From an uncultured Verrucomicrobiae bacterium (lineage in GTDB: Bacteria > Verrucomicrobiota > Verrucomicrobiia > Chthoniobacterales > UBA10450): DNA of 64,000 nt. The notes under the pieces are model-generated. The model was not told the origin of the DNA, did not search any database, and worked only from the letters and a program-made list of their open reading frames with translations. The position numbers were made by a program, and so were the translations under genes. Shown here piece after piece: positions 18,759 to 28,882 of the stretch. The stretch lies in the NCBI GenBank assembly GCA_963772365.1, contig CAVYXA010000003.1, positions 64,001 to 128,000 on the forward strand, given 5' to 3'. How positions within the stretch are numbered: position 1 is the stretch's first letter; each line of letters starts with the position of its first letter.

Positions 18759-19688
18759 TTAGCGTCCCGTTAACTCCCGCGCCCTCTGAACATCGGCTGC
18801 GATCTGTTTTACCAGAGCATCGACATCCTCAAATTTCTTTTCGGCTCTGAGGTACTCTCGAAATCGGACCTCGATCTCTTTCCCGTAAAGGTCGTCCGAA
18901 AAATCGAGCAAATGAATCTCTAATATGCGCTCCGACTTGCCGCTGCTTACGGTGGGGCGACAGCCGAGATTGATCACACCCGGGTGCTTCTCTCCGTCGA
19001 AAATCGCTTCGGCGAAATAGACTCCGTTGGGCGGAAATTGTTCGCTGTGCGCGCTGAGGTTTGCCGTGGGGAAGCCAAATTTCTTTCCCAGATTATCTCC
19101 CGGTACGACCGTTCCAAGAATCGTGTAATCTCGGCCGAGCATTTCTTTGGCCGTTGTAAAATCACCCGCTTCAACTGCCTGGCGAATGGCTGTGCTACTC
19201 ACGACCGAACCATTGATCGTCACCGGCCGAATCCCGACCACATTGAAATCGAAACGCGCCCCCAGTTTCTCGAGAAGATCGAGGTCGCCGCGTCTATTTT
19301 TGCCGAAAGACCATTCGTGTCCGACACAGATTTCGCGCAGCGGCCTCGAAGACTTCACGAGTTGCTCGACAAACTCCTCCGGCTCGGTGGCGGCAAATTG
19401 TTTATCGAAGTGAATCAGAAGAAGATGGCGGACACCGAAATCGCGGATTAACGCGATCTTGTGTTGTGTCGCGGTAAGCAGATGTGGCGCCTTGTCTGGC
19501 CGAAGCACTTTCATCGGATGAGGATCGAACGTGACTACGACCGCGGTGCCATCTCCCGCTCGAGCGTGCTGGGCGGATATAGAAATCACCGCTTGATGAC
19601 CACGATGAACTCCATCGAAAACACCAATGGCGAGGAACAATGGGCCATCGAGCTGGGCCAATTCCGGAATCGATCGCAAAATCTCCAT
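18759..19688 (-). CDS. ribF: Bifunctional riboflavin kinase/FAD synthetase
   Basis: IGVFDGVHRGHQ, TFDPHP, VSSTAIR, GFPTAN, EIHLLDF. Confidence 0.96.
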   Translation of the reverse strand: MEILRSIPELAQLDGPLFLAIGVFDGVHRGHQAVISISAQHARAGDGTAVVVTFDPHPMKVLRPDKAPHLLTATQHKIALIRDFGVRHLLLIHFDKQFAATEPEEFVEQLVKSSRPLREICVGHEWSFGKNRRGDLDLLEKLGARFDFNVVGIRPVTINGSVVSSTAIRQAVEAGDFTTAKEMLGRDYTILGTVVPGDNLGKKFGFPTANLSAHSEQFPPNGVYFAEAIFDGEKHPGVINLGCRPTVSSGKSERILEIHLLDFSDDLYGKEIEVRFREYLRAEKKFEDVDALVKQIAADVQRARELTGR

Positions 19689-19708
19689 TAGAACAAAATC
19701 CGAATCCT

Positions 19709-20425
19709 CTAAGCTCCTCTCATCCGCGAAACCTCGGGAAGAGTAAGAAGCCGTTTTAGGGTCTCTTCGCGCGGCCAATTTTTGATTTCATCGACGGTGA
19801 TCGCATTCGCGACATCGAACCGGCCGGATTTGGTTCGGCGCAACGTTTTCAAATGCGCGCCACAACCGAGAATCTCGCCAATATCGTGCACATAAGTGCG
19901 CACATAAAAACCCTTGCTGCAAAGCACGCTGAAATCGATTTCGGGAAGAGCGATTCGGTCAATCGTGTGGCGATACACGTGAACGAGCCGCGGCTCGCGC
20001 TCGACCACTTTGCCCTGACGCGCCAGCTTGTAGAGCGGTACGCCGCCATGTTTCTTGGCAGAGACCATGGGCGGCGTTTGATAGAAATCGCCGCGAAATT
20101 TTTCAAACGCGGCCCGAATCTGATCTTCGCTCAACTCGGGAACCGCTCGCTCCTGCATCACTTTACCTTCTCGATCCTGCGTGTCGGTTGCGATCCCGAG
20201 GACAAACGTGCCGGCATACTCCTTGTCCTCGCTCATGAGCAGGTCCTGAATTTTCGTCCCGCGGCCAATGGTCAGAATCAGCAGGCCCGTGGCGATGGGA
20301 TCTAGCGTCCCGCAATGACCGACCTTCTTCGTGCCGAGCTGCCGGCGAACCACCGCAACGACATCGTGCGAGGTCATGCCTTCGGCTTTGTCCACGAGGA
20401 GGACACCATCAATTGTTGGAAGCAT
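19709..20425 (-). CDS. truB: tRNA pseudouridine(55) synthase
   Basis: KVGHCGTLDPIATG, KEY, PPMVSAKK, CSKGFYVR; start ATG 20425. Confidence 0.96.
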   Translation of the reverse strand: MLPTIDGVLLVDKAEGMTSHDVVAVVRRQLGTKKVGHCGTLDPIATGLLILTIGRGTKIQDLLMSEDKEYAGTFVLGIATDTQDREGKVMQERAVPELSEDQIRAAFEKFRGDFYQTPPMVSAKKHGGVPLYKLARQGKVVEREPRLVHVYRHTIDRIALPEIDFSVLCSKGFYVRTYVHDIGEILGCGAHLKTLRRTKSGRFDVANAITVDEIKNWPREETLKRLLTLPEVSRMRGA

Positions 20426-20439
20426 GGTTGAAGCGTTCG

Positions 20440-20585
20440 GTAGCGCACGCGTCCCGCGTGCTGGTTTCGGCGTCGCGCCGAAACAGGCTCTTATTGTAAT
20501 TTCCTTACCTGCGGGCTCGGAGATGTCGAAGAGAAAGTTCGCGATCGCGAGACGCGCTCGCCCGCACGCGAGACGCATGCGCTAC
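20440..20585. repeat. Long palindromic REP-like element between nrnA and truB
   Basis: GTAGCGCACGCGTCCCGCGTGC (20440) pairs with GCACGCGAGACGCATGCGCTAC (ending 20585); internal hairpin GTTTCGGCG..CGCCGAAAC. Confidence 0.75.
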
Positions 20586-20615
20586 GCAATCCGAATGCAC
20601 GCGCGCGCATAGCCT

Positions 20616-21599
20616 TCAACGCCCTAATTCTTCAACTCTCTCGCGCACTTCTCTCAACACGCGCTCCTGTACGTCGCGCAATGTGCCAAGAATGCGTGCG
20701 CCGGCGGCAAGAACGTGACCGCCGCCGCCGAATTTCTTACAAATCGCGCAAACATCGACAGCTTCATCCTTCGATCGCATGCTCACGCGCACCTTGCCGT
20801 CGTTTAGTTCCTCGAAAAATACGGCCACGATCACGCCACGAATTGCGCGAAGGTGATCGATCAGGCCTTCGTTATCCTCAGGAAGGACATTCAACTCCGC
20901 CGCTGTCTTCAGGCTGAGACTGAAACTTGCAACCTGGCCCTCGAGCTCAAATTGCATCGTCCGCAAAAGCTCGCGCAACAGTTCGAGCCGGCGGTGGGGA
21001 TAGTTCTCGTAGGTTAAACGGCTGATCCGGCCAACATCGACACCGCACCGGACCAGCTCGGCGGCGATCTCGAATGTGCGCGCTGTCGTGTTGGGATATT
21101 GAAACGAGCCGGTGTCGGTCGATATGGCGACGTAAAGATTCTCAGCGATCTCGTTGTCGATAGGTAATTTTTGATCCTTGATCAATTCGAACAGAATCTG
21201 GGCCGTAGCCGGCGCGTTCGGATCGATGCAAACCAAATCGCCATAACCGGGATTGCTGGGATGATGATCGATATTGATCCAGAGCTTGGCCGATCCAATT
21301 GCCTTTAGCGTTGTGCCCAGGCGATTTTGAATTGCTGTATCGAGAGCGAGAACAACATCGACATCTTCAGCTACGCCCGGTGGTTGAGTCAGCAATTCTG
21401 CCCGCGCGAGATAGGAATATTTCTCCAGCACTCCGTCTTCGTTCCAAACCCGAACATCCTTTCCCAGTTTTTTCAAAGAAAGAGCAAGAGCCAACTGGCT
21501 GCCGAGGGCGTCGCCATCGGGACGAACATGGCTCAAGATCGCAAAGCGCTGATGCTCGCGTAAGGCCCGGCCTATTTCAGAGAATTTGGACGTGCTCAC
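20616..21599 (-). CDS. nrnA: DHH-DHHA1 bifunctional oligoribonuclease/PAP phosphatase
   Basis: HVRPDGDALGS, IDHH, TDTGSF, GGGGH. Confidence 0.92.
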   Translation of the reverse strand: MSTSKFSEIGRALREHQRFAILSHVRPDGDALGSQLALALSLKKLGKDVRVWNEDGVLEKYSYLARAELLTQPPGVAEDVDVVLALDTAIQNRLGTTLKAIGSAKLWINIDHHPSNPGYGDLVCIDPNAPATAQILFELIKDQKLPIDNEIAENLYVAISTDTGSFQYPNTTARTFEIAAELVRCGVDVGRISRLTYENYPHRRLELLRELLRTMQFELEGQVASFSLSLKTAAELNVLPEDNEGLIDHLRAIRGVIVAVFFEELNDGKVRVSMRSKDEAVDVCAICKKFGGGGHVLAAGARILGTLRDVQERVLREVRERVEELGR

Positions 21600-21608
21600 G
21601 TTAGGCGA

Positions 21609-21947
21609 TCAATTCTCGTTGTCGATCTTGTCCATGATCTCGATCACGCGCGCGCCCCGCTCGATGGATTTATCGAGATGGAAAATAAGATGCGGTGTGT
21701 ATTTCAAGACTACCTTGCGCGAGAGGGTGGATTGAAGCACCGCGCGATTTTCTTCCAGCTTGTTCATGACATCTTCTTTCTTGCTCGAACCGAGAACACT
21801 AACAAAAACGTGTGCGCTTTTCAGGTCAGGCGCAACATCGACAGCGTTAATGCTGACCAGAGCACCTTCGAAGTTGATCTCGCGCACAATGATCCCGCTC
21901 AGCTCTCGCTTTACCATTTCGTTTACGCGCAATTGTCGATGTTTCAT
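21609..21947 (-). CDS. rbfA: Ribosome-binding factor A
   Basis: DLKSAHVFVS, LKYTPHLIFHLDKSIE; follows infB. Confidence 0.93.
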   Translation of the reverse strand: MKHRQLRVNEMVKRELSGIIVREINFEGALVSINAVDVAPDLKSAHVFVSVLGSSKKEDVMNKLEENRAVLQSTLSRKVVLKYTPHLIFHLDKSIERGARVIEIMDKIDNEN

Positions 21948-21958
21948 GTGATTCCGCC

Positions 21959-22041
21959 TATCATCCTGAGCGACAGCGAAGGATCCCGTGATTTTCCCTT
22001 AAAGGTTTCGCCTCGGGATTCCTTGACTTCGCTCGGAACGG
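21959..22041. repeat. REP-like element (TCATCCTGAGC...GAAGGATC family), copy 1
   Basis: TCATCCTGAGCGACAGCGAAGGATCCC...GGGATTCCTTGACTTCGCTCGGAA; related to the copies at 39228 and 60934. Confidence 0.7.
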
Positions 22042-24243
22042 CTAAAGTTTCTGCGCCACCTGCTCGAGTTGATAACACTCGATGATATCGCCTACCTGAT
22101 ATTCGCTGAAGTCACCCAGCTTGATGCCACACTCCAAACCGGACCGGACTTCTTTCACATCGTCCTGGAAACGTCGCAGTGTGGAAAGGCCGCCATCATA
22201 AACGGGCTGACGTTTTCGCAGCACACGAGCACGAGCAGTTCGGGCAATTCGTCCATCGGTGACCAGACATCCGGCCACGATTCCTTTGGTCAACTTGAAG
22301 ATTTGTTTTACCTCCGCATGACCAATGACTGTTTCGCGATGCTCCGGTTCGAGCAGTCCGGCCATGGCGTCTTTGATCTGGTCGATTAACTCGTAGATGA
22401 TGCTGTAGAGTTTGACCTGCACACCTTCGCGTTTTGCGGCCGGAACAGCCATCGATTCCACTTTGACGTTGAATCCGACGACGACTGCATCCGACGCGCT
22501 GGCCAGCAAAATGTCCGACTCGGAAATCGGGCCCGCGGCGGCGTGAATGATTTCCAGATCGATTTTCTTGCTCTCAATTTGATTGAGCGCGCCCGTGATC
22601 GCTTCCACGGATCCCTGGGCATCACACTTCAACACGATGCGCAAAGTTTTCTTTCCATCCGCAGCTTGAAGCAGGCTTTCCAAGGTGGCCCGCTGCGGTG
22701 TACTCAGTTTGTTCGCGCGTTTGGCTTCCAATCGCTCGTCGCTTAATTGCTTTGCCGCGCGCTCCGATTCCATCACCAGAAGTTCGTCACCGGCATTCGG
22801 TAGGCCGGTAAAACCGAGCACCTTTACCGCTGTCGATGGGCCGACTTCCTTGACCGGCTTGCCTTGGTCGTCGAGAAGTGATTTCACCTTCCCGCCGTAG
22901 TCTCCGCAAATGAATGGGTCGCCGATTTTCAATGTGCCCATTTGGACAATCACGGTAGCAGTCGGGCCGCGTCCGGCCTCGACTTGCGCTTCAATCACCG
23001 TCCCGCGTGGCGTCGCAGTGGGCGATGCTTTCAATTCCATCACCTCGGATTGAAGAATCATCATCTCCAGCAGATGATCGATGCCGGTGCCCTTCGTAGC
23101 GGAGACTGGACAAACAATGGTTTCGCCGCCCCAATCTTCCGGGGTGAGCTCATGCTCTTGAAGCTGCTTTTTTGCTCTGTCGATGTTGGCGCCGGGAAGA
23201 TCGATCTTGTTGAGCGCGACAATAATTTTCACATGTGGCGCCGCTTTGGCGTGATTGATAGCTTCGATCGTTTGCGGCATGACGCCGTCATCGGCCGCAA
23301 CCACGAGCACCACGATGTCTGTAACGTTGGCGCCTCGTGCCCGCATCGCAGTGAACGCGGCATGGCCTGGTGTATCAATAAATGTTATCTGGTGTCCCTG
23401 GTGCTCGACACTATATGCCCCAATATGTTGGGTGATTCCGCCCGCTTCACCCGCTGCCACTCGCGTCTTCCGGATGGCATCCATGAGCGAAGTCTTTCCA
23501 TGATCGACATGTCCCATGAACGTAATCACCGGACCCCGTGTCTCGAGCTCCTCTTCTTTTTCAATGACCGGCGGCGGCGGTGCAACGACCGCCTGTTCCA
23601 CCTTATGCACACCCCCACCTTTCTCGCGTCGCTCTTTTTCAAGAAAAAACCCGTGGTTCTCTGCGATCTTCGAAGCGATATCCGGCTCGACGGTTTGATT
23701 GATATTGGCGAATACGTTGTAGCTCATCAGCTCAGCGATGAGCTGATGCGGCTTGAGTTCTAGCTGAACCGCCAGTTCCTTGACGATGATCGGCGGCTTG
23801 AAGTGGATGACCTTCTGTGTTCCTGCCTCAGCTTCTGCGGCAGGCGCGCCATTTGGTTTGACTACTGACTCAGCGTCCTCAGTCGGCTCCGGCACGGGAG
23901 TTGGCGCTCGTGGTGCAGGAACTGGCGCCGGCGCTTCTATCTTGGGCAAAATTTTCGAAATTGGCGGCAGGATCGGAGGCTTGCTCTTTACCTGACCATC
24001 CTTTGGCTCCTTGGCGGATTTCCCCTTATCAATTAGCGAAACCGGCTTAGATGCGTCGGATTTCGCAGGAGTCTTGGCGGCTGGCGTTCGGGCGGTTTTC
24101 GCAGCCGCCATCGCAGCGGATTTTTTTTCCGGCTCAGCTTTCTTCTTGGCAGCAGCGACCTTTGTCTTGGGAGCGGGCTTGGATGCAGTGGTAGCTTTCG
24201 CTGTTTTGCGCGTCGCAGTCTTGCTGGTCGTCTTTGCTGGCAT
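22042..24243 (-). CDS. infB: Translation initiation factor IF-2
   Basis: [30 protein letters not shown]. Confidence 0.97.
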   Translation of the reverse strand: MPAKTTSKTATRKTAKATTASKPAPKTKVAAAKKKAEPEKKSAAMAAAKTARTPAAKTPAKSDASKPVSLIDKGKSAKEPKDGQVKSKPPILPPISKILPKIEAPAPVPAPRAPTPVPEPTEDAESVVKPNGAPAAEAEAGTQKVIHFKPPIIVKELAVQLELKPHQLIAELMSYNVFANINQTVEPDIASKIAENHGFFLEKERREKGGGVHKVEQAVVAPPPPVIEKEEELETRGPVITFMGHVDHGKTSLMDAIRKTRVAAGEAGGITQHIGAYSVEHQGHQITFIDTPGHAAFTAMRARGANVTDIVVLVVAADDGVMPQTIEAINHAKAAPHVKIIVALNKIDLPGANIDRAKKQLQEHELTPEDWGGETIVCPVSATKGTGIDHLLEMMILQSEVMELKASPTATPRGTVIEAQVEAGRGPTATVIVQMGTLKIGDPFICGDYGGKVKSLLDDQGKPVKEVGPSTAVKVLGFTGLPNAGDELLVMESERAAKQLSDERLEAKRANKLSTPQRATLESLLQAADGKKTLRIVLKCDAQGSVEAITGALNQIESKKIDLEIIHAAAGPISESDILLASASDAVVVGFNVKVESMAVPAAKREGVQVKLYSIIYELIDQIKDAMAGLLEPEHRETVIGHAEVKQIFKLTKGIVAGCLVTDGRIARTARARVLRKRQPVYDGGLSTLRRFQDDVKEVRSGLECGIKLGDFSEYQVGDIIECYQLEQVAQKL

Positions 24244-24273
24244 TGTCGAAATTTTCTTTCATGGCTCGTGCCT

Positions 24274-25539
24274 TTAAGCAGAGCCGGCTTTTTGCGGTTC
24301 CTCTTGTTGATGAACGGCGTCGTGGATCTCCTGCGCCTTCTGTTCGTCGACGGTCAAAATGTCCACCAAGTCCTTCACATCGGCCTGACGCAGACCTTCC
24401 AAATTCGTGAAGCCCGATTTAACGAGCGCAACAGCTTGCTCCTCAGTGACCGGGAGCGCGCCCGCGAGCGTTTGGGCCGCGTGCGCGACTTTCTGTTCGA
24501 CTACCGTCGTAGCCGACGTGTCCTTGTCGATGTTAATTTCCCAACCAGTAAGGCGGGAAGTCAGCCGCGCATTTTGGCCTTTCTTTCCGATGGCGAGCGA
24601 AAGCTGATCTTCGTCCACTGAGATTTGCACGCTCTTCTTTTCGGTATCGAAGGTCAAATTCTTGACCTTAGCTGGCTTGAGCGCTTCGAGAATGTATTCC
24701 CGCGGATCGGAGCTCCAGCGGATGATGTCCACCTTTTCGTTGTTCAGCTCGCGGACGATGTTCTTAACGCGTGAGCCGCGCATTCCAACACATGCGCCCA
24801 CTGGATCGACTTTATCGTTTGCACTCGAGACCGCGATCTTGGTTCGATAGCCGGCCTCGCGGGCAATACCGCGAATCTCGACGGTTCCATCGGCGATTTC
24901 ACTCACTTCCAATTCAAAAAGTCGGCGAACAAAATTCGGATGACTTCGCGACACGATGATTTCCGGGCCGCGAACTCCGTTCTCGACCGCGACCACGTAT
25001 GCGCGGAGCCGGTCACCGACGTTGTAATCTTCCACCGCGACGCGTTCCCGTTGCGGCATTACTGCCTCAAACTTCCCAAGATCGAGAATTACATCGGACC
25101 GATCGAACCGTCGCACCGTGCCGCTCACAATCTCACCTGCGCGGTCTTTAAACTCCTCGTAAATCATCTCCTTCTCGACTTGGCGGATACGCTGCATCAT
25201 TGCCTGCTTGGCGGTCTGAGCGGCGATGCGACCAAAGTTTTTCGGTGTTACTTCGATCTCGACCGACTCGCCCAGTTTTGCGTCGGGCTTGAGCTTGCGC
25301 GCTTTGCTCAGATCGATCTCGTCCTGTGGATTCGCGACCTGATCCACGACGAGCAGATTGGCGAGCGCCCGGATTTCGCCTGTCTTTGGATTGATATCGA
25401 TGTGCAAATCGCGCGAAGCGCCCACACTCTTCTTGGAAGCGGAGAGGAGCGCATTGGAAACCGCCTCGATCAGGATTTCGCGTTTGATCCCGCGCTCCCG
25501 TTCCAGGTATTCCAACATGGCGATAAATTCCGCGTTCAT
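24274..25539 (-). CDS. nusA: Transcription termination/antitermination factor NusA
   Basis: FGRIAAQTAKQ, AREAGYRTKIAV, DPVGACVG, LSLAIGKKGQNARL. Confidence 0.97.
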   Translation of the reverse strand: MNAEFIAMLEYLERERGIKREILIEAVSNALLSASKKSVGASRDLHIDINPKTGEIRALANLLVVDQVANPQDEIDLSKARKLKPDAKLGESVEIEVTPKNFGRIAAQTAKQAMMQRIRQVEKEMIYEEFKDRAGEIVSGTVRRFDRSDVILDLGKFEAVMPQRERVAVEDYNVGDRLRAYVVAVENGVRGPEIIVSRSHPNFVRRLFELEVSEIADGTVEIRGIAREAGYRTKIAVSSANDKVDPVGACVGMRGSRVKNIVRELNNEKVDIIRWSSDPREYILEALKPAKVKNLTFDTEKKSVQISVDEDQLSLAIGKKGQNARLTSRLTGWEINIDKDTSATTVVEQKVAHAAQTLAGALPVTEEQAVALVKSGFTNLEGLRQADVKDLVDILTVDEQKAQEIHDAVHQQEEPQKAGSA

Positions 25540-25560
25540 AAAACACACAGCCCGCAGACG

Positions 25561-25589
25561 AAAAAGAGTGGGACACCAGTTCCCACTCC
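25561..25589 (-). terminator. Leader terminator hairpin upstream of nusA (rimP-leader-like attenuator)
   Basis: Minus strand GAGUGGGA-ACUGGUG-UCCCACUC-UUUUU, ending ~21 nt before the nusA ATG. Confidence 0.7.
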
Positions 25590-25702
25590 ATGCAGCGTGC
25601 GCGGACTAGAGTCTCAACTTAATTTTCAACTCCTACCTCGTCAAGGGTGCGGCTTTGATTCTGTTTGAACCCGCAGGCTCGACTGTCCAATCTCAACACC
25701 GA

Positions 25703-27118
25703 ATGATCACTCGGGGACAGGGGTTCTTGACGGTCCTGCTGATTTGGGCGGCGATTTATCTGCCAGCGCTCGGTTCGCTCGAAATCAAAGGCGAAGAAGG
25801 CCGCCGGATTCTGCCGGCGATCCGAATGCTCGATACCGGAGACTACCTTGTGCCGCGAGTGGGCAGCGAACCATATCTGCGAAAGCCGCCCCTGATTAAC
25901 TGGCTGGTCGCTGCTTCATTCAGGGTTTTCCGTCAACGAAATGAATGGACGGCGCGGCTCCCATCTGTCCTCTGTGTGCTCGGCGCGGCATTTTGTTTTA
26001 TCACAATCGCCCGGACGAGCCTCGGCAATATTGGATCGTTGGTCGCCGCGCTGATTTGGCTGACGAATGCGGGCTTGATCGAGAAAGGTCGCTTGATCGA
26101 AATTGAGGCACTTTACGTTTCCTTGTTTGCTGCTGCTTTTATTTGCTGGTTAAGCTGGTGGAAACAGCGGCGATCTCCGTGGCTGACGTGGATAGTGCCC
26201 TGGATTTTTCTCGGTTTGGGTTGGCTCGCAAAAGGTCCGCTTCACCTCTTTTTCTTTTACGCGATTCTGGTTGCCATTCTGTGGCAAGCCCGAGAAGGCC
26301 GAGCGCTCTGGAGCGTTCCGCATCTGATCGGCGTAATTGTGATGTTGTCGATCTTCGCCGCCTGGGCGATCCCATTCGAGCAGGCGACCGGCGGACTACA
26401 CACTGCCGAGGTTTGGTCCCGACAATTCTCCGGGCGACTGTCCCCCGAGGCGTTTCACTGGAAAACCTGGTTAATAAATATTCCCAAGAGTCTCGCCTAC
26501 TTTTTACCCTGGCTGATTTTTGTTCCGCTAATTGGATTTCATCGAGGCCGGTTCCGAGAAGAACACCGCGCTTTGATCTGGGGCATGGCGATTTCGTTAG
26601 TGATTGTCGATCTTGTTCCCGGAGCGTTGCCGCGTTACACGATGCCGTTGATCGCGCCGTTTGCATGGTTAACCGCATCGGTTTTGTGCGATGACAATTA
26701 TGTCTGGCCGCAATTCCTGGGCGGCGAATCGTTGAAGAAGCGATGGAGGGTTATCGGTCTTGTTGTGGTACTGATGTGTGTGGGCGTGTGGATTTATGCC
26801 TTCGGAATTGTTCCGCGTTTGCGACCGAAATTGAAGCCAATCGCCGCGAAAATTGAAGCCGTTATACCTCGAGGGGAACGGCTTTACGCTGTTGATCCAG
26901 ACTATGAGCCGTTTCTGTTTTATGTTCATCGACCGATCTCATATGTAAGCCGCGTGGAAGATCTGCCGCGCGACACGCATTATTTTTTGGTGCGCCCGGA
27001 GAATGAAGACCGGGCATCGCGAGCGGGGGAATGGCTCTCAGGACCTGCGCAGCGGGTTTTGTCGATACGGGATTATCGGCAATGGAGAACCTCGCTTTTC
27101 ATTGTGCAGCGGCGGTAA
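25703..27118 (+). CDS. ArnT/PMT-family (GT-C) glycosyltransferase
   Basis: GEEGRR, YLRKPPLINW, EWTARLPS, LAKGP, RYTMP; many TM helices. Confidence 0.85.
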   Translation: MITRGQGFLTVLLIWAAIYLPALGSLEIKGEEGRRILPAIRMLDTGDYLVPRVGSEPYLRKPPLINWLVAASFRVFRQRNEWTARLPSVLCVLGAAFCFITIARTSLGNIGSLVAALIWLTNAGLIEKGRLIEIEALYVSLFAAAFICWLSWWKQRRSPWLTWIVPWIFLGLGWLAKGPLHLFFFYAILVAILWQAREGRALWSVPHLIGVIVMLSIFAAWAIPFEQATGGLHTAEVWSRQFSGRLSPEAFHWKTWLINIPKSLAYFLPWLIFVPLIGFHRGRFREEHRALIWGMAISLVIVDLVPGALPRYTMPLIAPFAWLTASVLCDDNYVWPQFLGGESLKKRWRVIGLVVVLMCVGVWIYAFGIVPRLRPKLKPIAAKIEAVIPRGERLYAVDPDYEPFLFYVHRPISYVSRVEDLPRDTHYFLVRPENEDRASRAGEWLSGPAQRVLSIRDYRQWRTSLFIVQRR

Positions 27119-27187
27119 GGGAAAATGGTCAGCCCGAGTTTGACAGCCCCATCCTTCGGCAATAGTTAGCATGCGAACGATCTGGAT

Positions 27188-27738
27188 ATGCCGAAACTCG
27201 ATGAGGAAGCTTTTGGCCCTCTGCTGCACGGAACCGCGCGGGCATGGCGCCTGAAGCTGGACGAACGGCTCAAGCCGATGGGCCTCAGCCAGGCCAAATG
27301 GCGAACTCTGCTGCACTTATCAGTTGCTTCCGAAACGCTGACTCAGGCGGAAATCGCAGCGCGGCTTGGAATCGAAGAGCCATCTCTTGTCACCTTATTG
27401 CATCGCTTGGAAAACGAGGGCTGGGTCAGGCGCAGAAACGCGCCGCATGATCGACGATGTAAGACCGTACAACTTAGCGGCGTGCGCAACGTGTGATTAC
27501 CCAGATCACTACGACAGCCGGTCAACTTCGGCAGGAACTCCTCGCCGAAATTCCGGCTGCAGAGTTGCAGACTTGCATGCGGGTACTCGCGCAGATCCGC
27601 CAAAAGGCAGAAGCGGGAAGAAACGCGAGCGCGCGAACTCTTTCCAAACAAGAGTCGAGGCAGAACGGTCAAAAGCGAAACGGGCAGCGAATAAACAATC
27701 GGGCGGTGTCGCATCGCCAGCCCGCAAGGGGAGAATGA
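27188..27738 (+). CDS. MarR-family regulator, apparent one-base loss at ~27479
   Basis: GLSQAKWRTL, LTQAEIA, LLHRLENEGWV, DRR. The C-terminal helices continue in ORF 27493-27738. Confidence 0.85.
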
Positions 27739-28877
27739 AGATGCCGGCCAAATCAAATCACGCAATCCCATGGTGGGGCTACGTCATTTTTATGGTGCTC
27801 GGGGCGTTCGTTGTAACTCGCATCGTGCAACATCATGTCGCCGCATCCAAAGCGGAGCAGCCTCAGCCGCGCCCGGTGCTCGCGACAAAAGCGATCAGCA
27901 AGAATGTTCCTCTGTACCTGGACGAAATTGGAACGTGCGCGGCCTACGAGACGGTCCAGGTGCAGGCGCAGGTGAGCGGCGTAATCATCTCGCGCGATTT
28001 CCAGGATGGTTCGGATGTGAAGAAAGGCGATTTGCTTTTTACGATTGATCTCCGCCCGTATCAGGCTGCTCTTGACCAGGCGAAAGCGCAGGCCGCACTC
28101 GACCAGCTGACGCTGAAACGACAGGAGGACCTTCGCGCGAGGAAAGTCATATCGCCCCAGGATTACGACACCGCCGTGGCCAATGCGGAAAAATCGAAGG
28201 CAGCCGCGGAAGCCGCGCAAGTGAATCTCGATTTTTGCTACATCAAATCGCCGATCGATGGCCGGGTCGGGTTGCGCAATGTTGATATTGGCAATCTTGT
28301 CGGCCCGTCGAGTCCTCCTTTGGTCACAATTCAGCGGCTCGATCCGATTTACACCGATTTCACTGTGGCCGAGAACGATCTTCCGCTCGTGAGGCAGTAC
28401 CTCGGCGGCCCTCAAGTCAAAGTGCAAACCTACCCGCCCGACAACTCAATCGCGCTGCGAACCGGCGATCTTTATTTCATCGACAATGCCGTCCAGCCCG
28501 GCACCGGCACCGTGAAAGCCCGCGCTGTCACGCCGAATCCGGATCGCGCACTCTGGCCGTCGCAGTTTGTTCGGGTGCGATTCATTCTCGATATGCTCGA
28601 GAATGCGACGCTGGTGCCTTCACCGGCGGTGCAAGTCAGTCAAAGTGGTCCGTTCGTTTTTGTAGTGAAACCGGATAACACTGTCGATCTTCGGCCGGTC
28701 AAACCGGGGCAGCGGCAGGAGGGCGATCTCACAGTGATCAGTAATGGGTTGCACCCAGGGGAAACAGTCGTTGTCACCGGCCAACTAGCACTTGCGCCCG
28801 GAACAAAGGTCGAAGCGAAACCGTATGCCGCTTCCGCAGCTGGCGAGGAAAAGAAAATCGCGGCCGAGAGTCCCTGA
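27735..28877 (+). CDS. RND efflux periplasmic adaptor (MdtA-like)
   Basis: VQAQVSG, VKKGDLLFTID, IKSPIDGRVG, TGTVKARA. Confidence 0.92.
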   Translation: MKMPAKSNHAIPWWGYVIFMVLGAFVVTRIVQHHVAASKAEQPQPRPVLATKAISKNVPLYLDEIGTCAAYETVQVQAQVSGVIISRDFQDGSDVKKGDLLFTIDLRPYQAALDQAKAQAALDQLTLKRQEDLRARKVISPQDYDTAVANAEKSKAAAEAAQVNLDFCYIKSPIDGRVGLRNVDIGNLVGPSSPPLVTIQRLDPIYTDFTVAENDLPLVRQYLGGPQVKVQTYPPDNSIALRTGDLYFIDNAVQPGTGTVKARAVTPNPDRALWPSQFVRVRFILDMLENATLVPSPAVQVSQSGPFVFVVKPDNTVDLRPVKPGQRQEGDLTVISNGLHPGETVVVTGQLALAPGTKVEAKPYAASAAGEEKKIAAESP

Positions 28878-28882
28878 TTTCT

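Noticed and set aside
27366..27734. N-terminal extension of the RND adaptor
   Set aside because: Overlaps the frameshifted MarR gene; an SD-like GGGGAG and ATG 27735 give a normal-length adaptor.
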